A stretch of 64,000 bases of DNA from Rhizodiscina lignyota (Eukaryota), in the NCBI GenBank assembly GCA_010015805.1, contig ML978121.1, positions 1,178,001 through 1,242,000 on the forward strand, written 5' to 3'. The notes below the pieces were generated by a model. That model had not been told where the DNA came from, searched no databases, and saw nothing but the letters and a program-made list of their open reading frames with translations. Shown here piece after piece: positions 1 to 13,713 of the stretch; the stretch's first letter is position 1; every line of letters begins with the position of its first letter. The position numbers and the translations under genes are program-made.

Positions 1-1
1 A

Positions 2-1325
2 GTGTGGTGCTCAGAGCACGCCTACGAACACGGATTCCTTGACCACCCTGAGGAATGGGCAAACCTTGGACAGGGCGCACCAGAGGTGGAAGATGATATT
101 GAGGGATGTTTCGAACGCCCGCACACCATCAATGTCTCCATGAGCGGACGTGAATATGGTCCCACCGCTGGCATTAAACCTCTGCGTCACGCAGTTGCGA
201 ACCTCTACAATGAGCACCACAGGCAGGGAAAGGATAGCAAATACACCTGGGAGAATGTGTGCATTGTCCCTGGAGGACGAGCGGGGTTGATCAGAATCGC
301 GGCGGTGCTTGGACAGGCGTATCTGGCATTCTTCATGCCCGACTACACCGCCTACAACGAGATGTTGAGCCTGTTCAGGAACTTCTCCACGATTCCTATT
401 CCCCTCAGCCGCGCCGACAAATACCAAATCCACCCAGCCAAGATTGCCGAAGAAGTGGCTCGCGGTACAAGTGTGATATTGACCTCGAATCCGAGGAATC
501 CCACAGGTCGCATGATTGTGAAGCCGGAGCTGGCAGAGATCCAGGACATCTGCCGCGATCGCGTGACGCTGATCATGGATGAGTTCTACTGCGGCTATAA
601 CTACACCACCGACTGCGATGGGTCCGTCGTCTCAGCGGCAGACAACGTGGAAGACGTTGACCGGGACGACGTCATCATCATTGACGGGCTCACGAAGCGC
701 TTCAGGCTTCCCGGTTGGCGTGTGGCTTGGGTTGTCGGCCCCAAGGAATTCATATCTGCCATCGGAAGCTGCGGCTCATACCTAGATGGTGGCACCAACG
801 TCCCCTTCCAAGAAGCCGCTGTCAGCATGCTGGAGCCCACGAAAGTTCGCAATGAGATGAAGGCTCTCCAATCTCACTTCCGTGACAAACGAGACTACGT
901 GATGGGAAGACTCAGGAAGATGGGTTTCAACCTGCCCTACACTCCGGACAGTACCTTCTATCTTTGGCTCAACCTCGAGCAGCTGCCGGAAGGCGTGAAC
1001 GATGGCTTGAATTTCTTCAACGCCTGCTTAGAGGAGAAGGTAATTGTCGTACCTGGAATCTTCTTCGATCTGAATCCATCGAAGAGAAGGGACTTGTTCG
1101 ACAGCCCCTGCCATCGTAAGTTGCACATGAGTGGCTTGTATTCAGCTGAATCTGACGATCGTCACAGACTATGTTCGTCTATCGTACGGACCGCGTATGG
1201 ACGTGCTTGAGAGAGGTCTCGACGCCATAGAGCGCATCGTGAAAAAGTAAGGAGAAACTCGAATCCAAACTCGGTTAAATGCTAACTGGTACTTACTTTA
1301 TAGATATGGACTGAAAGATGCTTAG
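2..1325 (+). CDS. PLP-dependent class I/II (aspartate-type) aminotransferase, 5'-truncated by the window edge
   Basis: Motifs YGPTAG, SNPRNPTG, DEFY and GLTKRFRLPGWRV (PLP lysine). Intron 1116-1167 (GTAAGT..CTGAC..CAG) restores HYVRLSYGP. A probable last intron 1247-1303 gives a stop at 1325; the unspliced stop is at 1250. Confidence 0.9.
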
Positions 1326-2123
1326 ACGGTGGAATAGCTGAAGCAGCTGGCGAGTCGGTAGAAACCTGCAGGCACATGATTAACCCAAATGGGATTCGAT
1401 ACATAGCTGAATACCAAAATACATGACTTTTCCTTTCCTTCTGCTCTATCCTGTTTGTTCACGAACATAGTTTGCGCAGTATCAACTCTTGAGCTTATAG
1501 TTAGTGGAGAGTGGTAGTGGGAGTCGGTAGTCCGACCGAGCTTCTGAACGTCGCGAGCATGTTAGTCAGTCATGTTGCGATTATGCTAGGATCCTTTCCA
1601 AGTTCCAACCGGCTTAACCTTCAGCATCAAGGTCCGACAACTACCAGGTATAGAGCTCGACTTGCTTCATGTTCTGCTGCGGTCTTCATTACTTCAAGCA
1701 ATTCCTCTGCCTGTCATTAACCCTTTTCCCTTCCATTTCTCTCCCTTGTCAATTGAAATGACACTGCTCTCTTGGAGGAGATTAATCATCTCCAAGGCAT
1801 CAAAAACGCAAGGGCATGGGATGAGTTACGCAAGCACGAGCCATAGACACTGCAGAGCGAAATATCTTACGCGCACGCATCTCACACGAACACAGGAAGC
1901 ATCAGCCACATCCAGATTCAATTAAATAATTCTACAATGGAAAAAATAAAAATAAAATATGAGACTAGTCCGAATCTTTCCGTGGTCATAACGATGCACG
2001 CTCGCTGAAGGCATCCACGTGCCAGGCCGAATATCCATCAATCCTCTTCGCACGAGAATGAATGCCCCCCGCAAAAACCCAAGCCTATGTACAGTACAGT
2101 GCCATGAATATGAATGTAACGCT

Positions 2124-5081
2124 CTACATCTCCTCACCGAAGAAGCGACTCGCAGACATGATGTCCTCATCGCCGTTCGCAAAATCCCAGCCAACGATAG
2201 TCGGGTCCTGTGAACAGCAGATGATGCGGCGGGCATCGAACTGCAGCTTGAACACCCTTGAATTGGTTCCAGCTTGAACGGCAGCTGCATGGTGATGATG
2301 GTGGTGGTGATGGTGGACGTGGACGGCTCCGGGGTTGGGCTGGCTCGTTTGACCTGGATTTTGCGGGTTTGGCAGTTGCTGACCATGATGCGGGAGTTGG
2401 GTGGTCTGAGATGCAGGCACTCCTTGCCCTGCCTGTGCTGCATTTGCAGGACTGGGGTGAAGCGGGAGCTGATGCTGTTGTGTAGGCGGTGGAAGTATTT
2501 GCAGCACGGGTTGCGTGGGAGGAGCAGGCGTGTGATGATGAGCTGAGGCAGTGGAGGGTCCAGCAGTTGAAACAGATGCAGTTCCTGCTCCGGTTTGTTG
2601 GGCTGTTGAAGACGAAGATGATGCAACAGCCGCCATAGAGCTAGTCGATGATCCCGCAGCAGGGACATTCGATCCAGGATTAGCGTGTGCATTTGCGCCT
2701 TGCTGGTTAACGACTTGATGTGCGTGAGCAATCGTGTTGTGCGCTTGAGCAATTTGCATTTGCGCTTGCTGCACCAAGGCATGAGCCAAAGCTGGATTTG
2801 CAGGATGGGCTGGCTGTCCTTGAGCACCAGCATGGTTTTGGGCGTTGCCGGCTTGTGCGCCATTTGTACCAGCTTGTTGGTTTCCTTGCTGTCCATGTGC
2901 TGGGAAAGTCCTAGGCCTTCCACCAGCGGCTAGCACTGCTTCCCATTGATTCAGACGGTGCAATGGGAGCCAACGCCCTTCATGATTCTTCCTCCAGATA
3001 ATGACAGTCTCGTCATATGAACCAGACACTATTCTAGCCCATCGAGAGCCACCACCACCGGGAGGAATCTTGGCGCCCCAAGCCTGGATGTCTCTTGGAT
3101 TACTGGATCCATTGTTGCGCGCATGGCGCTCTTCTCGAGTTAATGTTGCAGGTACCGAGCCATCTAATTGAGCTTGGAAGTACTGGCGGTCTATCTCACG
3201 AGCCTCTGCTTCGAGTTCTTCCTCATTGCCAGGGAAATCGCCAAAGCGGGCTTGGACAGTTCGCACGAGGTTGCTATGACCCCTCAGGAGAGCGACCTCA
3301 GCACCGGTCACACGGTCGAATATACGGACACTATCGTCGCTGCTTCCACTGACGATCCTACGCCCATCGTATTGAACACACGCGATGCCTTTGAGATGAC
3401 CAGTGATTGTCTTAAGGCAGTGACCAGTCTTGACGTCCCAGACTTTGACCGTGCGGTCTCCTGATGCAGACACAATTTGGCCATCAAGGACCTGAATCGC
3501 ATTGACCGCAGCTGTATGGCCGTGCAATGTCATAAGCAGCGAGAATGGTTTCAGCGGCTTTATCGAGTGTAGAGTCTGAGAGTTAATCACATCCTCTGCG
3601 TTCACAATGTACGATGGGAACCGCGCTGAAGTGCTCACTGGAGCCGGGTAATCTTGGTCTCCTGGGAGAAGTTGTCGTCGGTTCCACACTTTGATGGTCT
3701 TGTCCTTCGAGCAAGTGATCAAAAACCGATCGTCAAAACGAAGGTTCAAAACTGATTCGGTGTGGGCCTTTTCCAACTTGTGGATCAGCTGACCGGTAGA
3801 GAAGCGCCATAGAAGCACGTGGCAGTCGCTTCCTCCAGAAGCAACAAGGTCATGTTCTGGTCTCTCATCAAATTGGAGGCAGAGTACAGACGCATCATGC
3901 CCCCGCAGTACATGCGTTAATCTCTGAGTGTCGAGGTCCCAAATCCGAATTGTGTGATCACGGCTGCCGCTAACAAGGTGTGTCGCCGAGTATTGTATTG
4001 TATAAACGCATTCTCCGTGGGCTTCGTCTGGATGAGCTGGGTGGGGCAACTGAAAATTCTTGAACTTTCCAGTATTCCAGTTTTCCTCGAGTCTTCGTTT
4101 TTGCTTGTAGAGGTACTGCCAATTCACTTTGGCATCTTCCCCGGGTTCTGCTGTGAGAAGTGTAGGTTTTACGGGGGGTTGCAATTGGTCGAACGTTGGT
4201 AATGGCGTTGAAGCCGACATGGGTTCGTCGCCAGTTGGTGGTGACGCGGGTGTGTCAAAGGCAATGTCTTGCATCCTGTCCTCAGCTCCACTCATAGGGC
4301 TATCATCAGCCTCGACTTGGTCGGATTGCTCTGCCCAGCCATGATTGGAATCTTCGGCCTCTTGTGACGACCCGCCCTCACCGAATAACCTTCGTTCACC
4401 GGCTCGTTTCTTGCTGATGTGACGGTCAATGTCGGTGACGGACGGACGGAGACGCATTTTGCGCTCCTTGGACCCTCTACTACGAGCCTTCTCGGCCGCT
4501 TCGTATGTCCTTATCCGTCGTATATCTGGCACCCACCCTTCCGAGCCAAAGAGTTTCCGCCATAACCGACTATCTGTCGCGCGGGACCTCCATGTTTTGG
4601 ACAAGGTCGAAACTCGCAAAAGCGTCGGAGGGTCGAGATAGCGCAGCACGTCAAACATTATCTCGGGTGGAAGGCGCAGGACGGGGTCGATGTGGAGGAG
4701 AGGGTTAAGTCTATCAACAATGGCGGCAATTGACGACGTTCGCAATGACCGGAGAACAATATAAGCAAATTCTGTAGCGCAAGCATATCAGCACCGTTCA
4801 CCATTAACATGATTCGTGGTAGCCATACCACTCCTTTGTTCTTCGGTCATGACCATCAGCCATTCAGGGAGGATGCTGTCAGTGTCCTGATCCATAACAT
4901 CGTCCATGTTGGAATCGCCACGGAAGGCAACGTCGCTTGCTCCACTCTGACTCCGAGTATCCTCGGAATAGCCCTCATCCAGTCTGAATGGCGATTGTCC
5001 AGGCATCATGAGGTTCTTTAAGGCCGCCAGGGCCGGGTTGGCAGCGTATGAGCTGCGGGGGTCCGAACGAAAGGGCGTCAT
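2124..5081 (-). CDS. fwd-1: F-box/WD40 SCF substrate receptor, FWD-1/beta-TrCP (Pof11)-like
   Basis: F-box LPPEIMFDVLRYLD, WD40 repeats (SGSRDHTIRIWD, SASGDRTVKVWD) and C-terminal RVFKLQFDARRIICCSQD. Intron 4828-4772 joins the 4788-5081 ORF in frame (QRS-EFAYIVLRSL). Confidence 0.88.
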
Positions 5082-6385
5082 GGTTCGGCTTCACGGTGAA
5101 TACGAATGGGGCATTAATCAAAAGGCTTGGTGGAGAAGAAGTAAAATATGACTCGAATGAGACTAATGTCGAATGAGAAAGGCGTTGTCGGTCTCCTGAT
5201 GGATGGAAGCTGCAGTGGAAGTGAAGGTGAGGTTGCCCAACTGTCCCTGTACGGATGCGGTGATGCAATAGCACGTCGGTATCGCTGGCTTTCGAGCGTG
5301 AGCAGAGGCGAGTGGGACGCGGTTGAGATGGAGTTGCTTTGACGAGACGGTTGTGAGGCTGCGAGAAGATGATGTCGTGCGCTTTGCCTTTGCCTTCGCC
5401 TTGGGACTGGTGCAAAACAAGGCTTGTTGATCGCTGGAACCTAGAGCGCCCGTCCGAAAATGGACCGCACCGTCACAATCACAGCATCACCAAACAGTGT
5501 GACAGCGGGCTTCGACGACACATGGAACGGCCAATAAATGTGCGAGAACAGTTTCGCTAAAACAGTTTCCTATGCAAACACCCTATGCGTCCTCGACGAG
5601 CGTTGCACCAGTCTCCCTCGGACGACGGCCAAGGAGGCCTTCACCGTAGCGCGCGGTGGCAGAGGATAGCTGCTCCTGCCCTACATACAGCGCCCGGCGC
5701 TACGCAGCACCCCCGGCAGGGTAGATGTCGTATGGAGCGCCCGCTGGCACTCCTAGCCGAAGCTCCGGGACCCGATAGCGGCGGCGAATAGGTAAGCAGC
5801 AGCGCAACAAAGAAGGCGTGCGGGCGAATGGTCGCTCTGCTGTAGCCGCCACAGGGAGCGCGTGAGCTTGGAATCTATTTTGCGGGCGTCGACTGCGCGA
5901 ATCGCGACCCAGCTCAAGGCCACCTTTCGCAGCGATCGAAGACGCGTAGAAGTGCAGAATCGTGGAAGCCAGTGCAAATTTAAAGTTGGCTGCCCGACGG
6001 CGGTACGTGCGAGCGAGCATAGGCGGCTGCCCCTAGCTTTGTAGTGTAAGGTATAGCGCCAAACAGCAGAGCAACCTCACTTTCCTCCTAAATCACCACC
6101 ACCACCACCCTCCTCCTCGTTCATTCCCCGCCGCCTCTACGCTCCATTCTCCCTCCACAACCCCGTTCTCGCGCCTCAATCCGCCCCGGACGCTTGCCTC
6201 GAGCCTCGAACACCCGCGGCCACGCGACTATCCTTACCCGCTTATTACCTGCTGTCGTGCTCCTTGTTGAAATCCTGGCTCGCACGACCGCCCTCCACAC
6301 GGGCGTGCAGGCGCATCCGCGCTCCTGATCCACAAAGACTCCTGAGAAATTCGCCGCCGCGCTGGACTTCACTTCCTCGTAGACG

Positions 6386-9300
6386 ATGGAAGTCGCTTCA
6401 AGCGCATTCGTAACCCGCCCTCACACTGCTTCGACGCATGGTCGACTCCCAAATTACGGAGCTTCACATCCGCCTCTGATGCATAGCCAGAGCCACCAGA
6501 GCCAGTCGAGCTCTTCACAATACTCCTCCTTCTCCGGATACACCCCCCGATCTTCCGCCTCAACCGCTCCTACCTCTGTCTCCACTCTTGGGCCGCCCTC
6601 TTTATCCACCCCTCCAATCCCAAATGGCCAGCCATTGCAAGCGACCAACAACGTCCTCAACAAGCGTGCTGGACAGGAGAGCTCTCTTTTCCAGATCTGC
6701 TTAAACCTCAGACAACGCCTACGCAATGTGCCGGGCTTCGAGGAGATTTTACTGGACGAAGAGGAGGATGCCGATGACGATACCGATCCGGTGACACTTT
6801 TGTGGAGGACATTTCGGAGGGGATACCCATTGATGACCATATACAACGCTTTGAGTCCGCAAGTTCTTTTGGAAGTGGACGACAGCAGGGTCAAAGATGT
6901 GAAACGGCCTCAAGCTGCGACTTTTAAATTCTTGCAGGCTTGCATGAAAGACCTCAGATTTGCGGCTGAAGACTGTTTTATCATTTCTGACCTCTATGGC
7001 GACGACACAACTGGTTTCGTCAAGGTACGCAAAATTTTGGAATACGCTTCAATTCTATAATTGAGTATTGCGCAAGCCGTATGGGATCACTGACATGAGG
7101 TATAGGTAGCACGAGTAGTAAATCGAGTGCTCGATACTCTAGTCCAACGAGGCGTCATCGACCCCGATCGAGATGATGAGGCAAGGTCATCAGATGTTGT
7201 TTCAAATGTTAAACGCTCGCAGCGTGAGCACATCATCGATGAGCTAGTCAAGACCGAGCGAACCTATGTGCAGCATCTGGAACTTCTCCAAGCGTTCAAA
7301 AAGCTCGTGGAAGAAAAGGGTATCATCACGGGCGACGCTGTCCATGACATCTTCCTCAACTTAAACGCATTGCTCGACTTTCAGCGACGCTTTTTGATTC
7401 GGATTGAACAGACGAACGCCCAGCCCGAAGACGACCAGAACTGGGGCAAGCTCTTCGTTCTTTACAGGGATGCGTTCAAGGTTTACGAGCCTTATATTGC
7501 GAATCAAAAGAAGTGCGAAGAGGTTGCAATGTATGAATTTGAAAAGCTTAAAGAAACTGGAGGCCCACCAGAACTACGCCAGATGGTCGAATCTCCAACC
7601 GTGCTCTCCTCATTTCTGCTCAAGCCGTTCCAAAGATTGGCAAAATATCCTCTTCTCCTCAAGGTAAGGACCTTCTCACCCTTTCCAGGTCTGGTTCTGA
7701 TGCATTGTAGGAATTACGAGACAAAGGTGGTTTAGATGATGAAAGAAAGGAAGACATCTCCGTCGGCATTGAGGCGGCTTCTGCCGTGTTGCAAAGGACC
7801 AATGCCGCTGTTGATCGCGAAGAGCGCATAGAAGCAGTCGAAGAGCTGAAGGGCCGGGTAGAAGATTGGAAGGGTCATAAGATTGAGGCGTTCGGCGAAT
7901 TACTTCTCCACGGCACTTTCACTGTATTAAAGGGGGACACTTCTGCGCCCAAGGGAAGCGAGCGTGAGGTAAGACTTCAAAATTCCTATACTCATCTTTG
8001 TCGCATTGATTGACGTGATAGGTGCAGTACAAGATTTACTTGTTCGAAATGATCTTGCTCTGCTGTAAAGAGATCGATATCACCAAGAACAAGAACAAGG
8101 GAAAGAGGAACGACGTTTCAGGAAAGCCAAAGCTTCAGCTGAAGGGTCGAATCTTTATGCAGAACGTCACGGATACCTTGATCATGCAGAAACCAGGTAT
8201 GTGCAGATGGACAGCTTTTTAGCCCTCAAGACTCAAGCTTATCCGTCGCAGGCTCGTACACATGTCAAATATTCTGGAAAGGAGACCCTGGCATCGAGAA
8301 CTTCGTCGTTCGTTTCCCAAGCGAAGAAACAATGAAGAAATGGGCCGCACAAGTAGACACGCAACGACGTATATGGAGAGACGCAGCCAGAGCCAGTAAC
8401 CAAACACGGCAAACCAGCACATCCGCGACAGAGTTCACCTACATGAAGGACCAAGGAGCACTGATAAATCCGTATCAAGAGGAGGACGATGGCGATGAGC
8501 TCGACTACGACGACGGTGCGTCCACACCGAATCAAGGCTATGGCTACATGGGCACAAATGGGTCCAATTCAAGTCTCCGATCGCGAGCTGGAACGGGTGA
8601 CAGTATCTTTCCAAACCAGAACGGCCAGCGAATACCTCCTCCTCGATTCCCAATGCTCAACGACGTGCCTCAACCAGCGCTGCAACTACAAACACGGCAG
8701 CTGGCCAGCTCAGCTAGTACAATGTCTCCGGCGGATCGTGGGGTAGAATCGTACTTCTCACCCACCGCAGAGTCACCAATATCAACACGCACCAGTTCGT
8801 CCTCCAACGGAATGTATCCTTTCACCCGACAAACGAACTTGCCAAACGGTTGGCACCCGGACGACAATGCTCGCTTTACTGCTCCCGCCATGGGCCGTAC
8901 AACTCCGCAGAACAATGCTCGTGGAACGCAACGGCCTTCTTTACCACCCACTTCTCATTCAGCTCACAGCGGCCTGTCTCAGGCTCAGGCCCGGTTACGA
9001 TCGGCAAGCAGCCCAGACATTCAAAATCCCGTTCAACGAGGTGCTCAACCGCCTGTGCCCGATGTGCCCGTCCCTCCATTCCCTACTCACTTCGCCTATA
9101 CTCCGTCTCTAGCCAACCGGAGCCAACCGAATTTACCCGGCAGCCAGATGTCAATACCAACAAGGTCAGCCACTCAATCTCCAACGATTCAAAGAGAAAG
9201 AATGATGCAACCGCGCAGCCATCCGACAGAACAACCTCCGTATTATGACCCTCGATACGGGGCTGTTTCACGCGGAGCGCAGGCTTATGATCCATCGCGT

Positions 9301-9681
9301 GCATATAGTTCGGCGCAAGTCGATTCGAGACGACACTCGCCTCCGTCGCAAGTATCAACGCCCGGTGTGCAGGAGATGGCTACACCGACTCAACTCAAGG
9401 TCAAGGTCCACTGCCCTTCGGCAGGCAGCTCAATGACGCTTGTGGTCGGCACAAACATCAGCTATCAGTCGCTCAAGGACCGAATTGACGCAAAACTACA
9501 GCGATCGACAAACGTGTCGTTGAGCAGCGGCGCAGTGAAACTCAAGTATCTGGACGACGGAGACTACATCAGTATCCAATCGGACGAAGACGTTCAAACG
9601 GCGTTCGAGTCATGGAAGGAGCAGCAGCGGGACCACATCTCAGCTGGGCAGCTGGGTGAAATAGAGCTATACTGTCAATAG
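6386..9681 (+). CDS. CDC24: Cdc24/Scd1 Rho-GEF (CH-DH-PH-PB1)
   Basis: CH-like DPVTLLWRTFRRGYPL, DH ELVKTERTYVQHL and LLKPFQRLAKYPLLL, PH IYLFEMILLCCKE, PB1 KLKYLDDGDYISIQSDED. Four GT-AG introns near 7025, 7664, 7968 and 8197 join the ORFs. Confidence 0.95.
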
Positions 9682-10843
9682 ACAGCCGACTTCTGCCCGA
9701 GAAAGATCGGCTAAATGCAGCAATACGGCGTTTTCGGACCATTCCATGCACATGGGTGGGAGGCGTTGTGGGGTTTAAGTTTTAGGGTATGGCGTTTGGG
9801 AATCGCTCACATACACATCCTCTTCGGCCCTTAGGGGCCTTCGGCGTATACTCCGCATGCAGGGACCATTGGGATAGGAAGGGCCCACTGCTGCTTTATG
9901 CTCCCCTTTTTAATCATAGCGCCTTTGCTCCCGCTCTTCTGCCTCAAGAGCTCATCTGTGTTTTCCATATTCAGCTTCGAAATGCAAGGTAGAGGTGGAG
10001 GATCGGTTCACAAGACAAGGCGGACGAGTGACGATGGAACGAGTTTACGGTCAGTCGCTGCTCCAAGGGTATCTTTGACTGTTTGACATTCCAAATGCAA
10101 TGTATCTGAGTAAAAATAAAGGAGGCGTTGCGCATCCCATCACCTGCATACGAGTCTTAAGTAAGCGGCTCTGGCGTCTCCGTGTGAGCTCGCGTTTTCA
10201 GGGATAAATAAGCATAACGGGTAGATGGGTCGAGACGCAAGATGATGGCACGGCCGAACGCCCACCGCCTCGTTTTTCCGCAAAGCATTTCCGCCTGCCC
10301 TCTTTGTGTCTTAATGTGGCGTTTAACGTGGGAGCGGGCGGTGTGCAATCGACGTTGCGTCGGAGGTCGAGCGCTGCACCTAAAGAGCAGCAGCAATCGA
10401 CGATGGCAACGCCCATTCACTGGCGCGAGGATCCAAGAATACACAAGAAAAGAGCGCGCATGGCAGCTGCAGCTCATCTGTCTCGCGTGAGCCGCCCGAG
10501 CGTTGCCCTACGAAGGTACAGTGGAGCGGGCACCCCAGACGAAGGATTCGGAGCCGTTGAGTGCGCTCTTCCTCACCTCCAACGGCAAGCAGCCGTTCTT
10601 TCCCGAGAAATGCACTGCTCCCATTCGGCCGTCATACATATACCTTCTACTTTACCCACTAGGTTTCGTCATGTCCCATAAAGCACTCTGACCTTTCTTT
10701 CACTTTCTTTCTCAAATTTCTGCTTTGCTACTGGTGACTGTTTGACGACCGTTGGACTATTTGAACGAGCCCACCACACTGAATTTTGCCCTGGTATAAA
10801 ATAAGTTTCGAACGGCGCTTCCAGGCGCGCCATCGCCACCATC

Positions 10844-12786
10844 ATGAATTGTCCATCAAGGGTCGATGCCGACCTACTGAACGATGGACACAATCAAAAT
10901 CCGCCAGCTCTGGCGGCGGATCTCACAACTAACAGCGACCTGAATCACATTGCGAATTCCAGGCGACAGAGGGGTCACAAATTAGACGACGAAGACCCTT
11001 CTATCACGGATAGGATACCGAGCGAGTTATCTGACACGGTTAAAGTTCCCAGCCACGGCGATGGAGGGGCGGAGGGGGGGCGGGAGGGTGGTGATCAGAA
11101 GAGCCAGGCACTTGGTGATGATGTGGAGATTTCAAGGGCCAGCACCCCCAAGCCAGACGACCACCGCTCTTCCTCCGGAGACTCCAACAGAGGTTTTGGG
11201 GCCTATTGCACGACCTCCTTCGACAATGCTCGCAGAGTCTGGAGACAATTTCGCCGCTTCCTGGGCCCCGGTGTCTTGATCAGTTGTGCGTATATCGACC
11301 CTGGCAACTATGCGACAGACGTTGCGGCGGGAGCGTCCTACCGTTTCAAGCTCCTTTTTGTCATCCTCATGGCAAACGTCTTTGCCATATTCCTCCAGTC
11401 TCTTTGTGCCAAGCTGGGATCCGTTACTGGTAAGAACCTGCCGGAGATGTGCAGGGAGCACCTGCCACCTTGGCTGAACTATGTCCTCTATTTCTTCAAT
11501 GAGGTGGCGATTGTAGCCACCGACATTGCGGAGGTAAATCACCCTCGATCTGTTGGAATCGTAGATGATCCCGCTGACACGTTGAATGATAGGTAATTGG
11601 CTTCGCGATTGCGCTCAACCTTCTGTCGCAAAACACCATCCCTCTGGCCGCTGGCTGTGCGATCTCCATTGTCAGTGTGATGTTCATTTTGTTCTTCTAT
11701 AAGCCATCTGGGACTATGAAAGCGATACGCGTTTTCGAAGCCGGCGTAGCTCTTCTTGTATTTGGAGTGGTCGTCTGCTTTTGTATCCAGTTGAGCTTGA
11801 TCAAGGGCACCAATGTCGGCGAGGTATTCAAGGGATACCTCCCTTCCTCTGCGCTTATCCAAAAGAAAGGGTAAGTCGAGTCGAAAACTACTCCGGACAC
11901 ATAGCTCACAGATCCCAGATTGTATCAGGCTTGCGGTATCCTCGGTGCCACGGTTATGCCTCATTCTCTCTTCTTAGGTAGCGGACTAGTCCAATCTAGG
12001 CTTCGAGACTTTGATGTTCGCGAGGGCATCGTTCCTGCGACAGACGAGGTAGATGAGAAAGATACGAGAAGCATGCCAAACCATCAGCCCTCCCTCGCAG
12101 CCATCCGCGCATGCCTGCCGTACTCGATTGCTGAGCTGGCCCTCTCTTTGTTTTCTTTCGCTCTCTTCGTCAACAGCGCCATCCTGATTGTCGCAGGAGC
12201 TGCGCTGTACGGTACACCCGGTGCTGACGATGCAGACATCTTTGGCATCTACAATTTGCTCTCGAGCTCCATTGGAAAAGCCGCAGGTATCATCTTCGCT
12301 CTCGCGCTGCTCCTTTCTGGCACCTCTGCGGGCATCGTCTGTACCATGGCAGGCCAGATGGTCAGCGAGGGCCAGCTGAATTGGAAGATGCAGCCGTGGA
12401 TGCGAAGACTGATCACCCGCACCATCAGCATCATTCCCAGCATCATCATTGCGGGAGCTGTGGGTAGAGAAGGGCTAAGCACCGCGCTCGTCGCAAGTCA
12501 GGTCATTCTGAGCTGTCTCCTTCCGATTGTCAGCGCGCCTCTAATCTACTTCACTTGTCGGGCCAAGTACATGACAGTCGGTGAGGAAAGAGTTGGCCCC
12601 GGCGAGAGATCTGAACTGAGGCCACTTGGGAACGTTGCTGCTGCTGCGGAGGACAACACGTCTGTGATGCAGGGCGTATCGCTGAAGAACAGTTGGATCA
12701 CTACGACTGCTGCCGGTATCATTTGGGCTATCATTACCCTCATGAACGTCGCGGCTATTGTCTTGTTGATCATCGGCGGGAATTGA
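10844..12786 (+). CDS. NRAMP family divalent metal (Mn/Fe) transporter, Smf1/Smf2-like
   Basis: AYIDPGN and GATVMPHSLFLGS signatures, TMAGQMVSEG and multiple TM segments. Introns near 11534-11592 and 11871-11918. Confidence 0.93.
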
Positions 12787-13713
12787 GCGGGGGAAGCGGA
12801 AAGAGGTGAGGCTCAGGCAGAGTATGGAAGTAAGGATTGAACGACAATGGCATTGCAACCCTTTCACCGAGGACTCAGGAGAAAGTGGGCCTTGCATTGA
12901 TGACCAGCATAGAATGAAGGCCTATAGACTCGTAGCTGTTGCTGGGCGAAGGAGATTTGCACGCTTTCTCCCTTGGCCTGCTATGACGACAAAATATATA
13001 GACCGGAACGCCCTTAGAAATAAGACACTCCTTTGCATCCACATGAGCATCAACTATGCACGAAAGAGAACAGAAGGCACGACATGATGTCGTGGAGATA
13101 AGCGTTCATGTCGTCGTGGTCTCGACCATCATGTGCAGGCCACTAGACCCAGTTCAGCAACCATGATCCAAATCTAGAAGCATCTCCATGCTTGGCTTTA
13201 GGATCGGTATGGAAGAAAAAGAGCACAGATTCGATGAGTAGAAGGCTCAGAACGTTATACTTTGCTACCGGTCGCCTTGCGTTCGTAGTCTTAAGACCTA
13301 TCGCGTCTCGCGCGAAGCTTGCGCGCTGTTTGAGCAACGGCAGACATGCCGCCGATCAGGCAGTGTTCCACCAAGACACCTCGAGTGACTTGAATGCTTA
13401 ATCGTCTACTTGTAAGGTATAGATGTCGCGTCGTCGAACGTTATTGCCAATATTCCAAACTTCGCGGTAGACTGACACGCCGAGCTCGACCCGACATGAG
13501 GAAGCAACACGGAAAGGCTCGAAAATCTTAACCTTTCTTCGAGTCGATGCCTTGCAATTGTATTTGCTGATTCTGTAGAGTGCTCGTCATGTGACTTGTG
13601 CTGCATTCAACCCAATTCAAGTGTCGTGGGTCTTGGCAATTCTGAGCGCTAGACTGGGCAGGCTGCCTACTCTACCATCTTCTAACCGCTGGAATTCCTA
13701 CCGGCCAGAATAC

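Noticed and set aside
1922..2923. 333-aa alternative-frame ORF
   Set aside because: Overlaps the low-complexity part of the F-box/WD40 CDS on the same strand and has no independent features.
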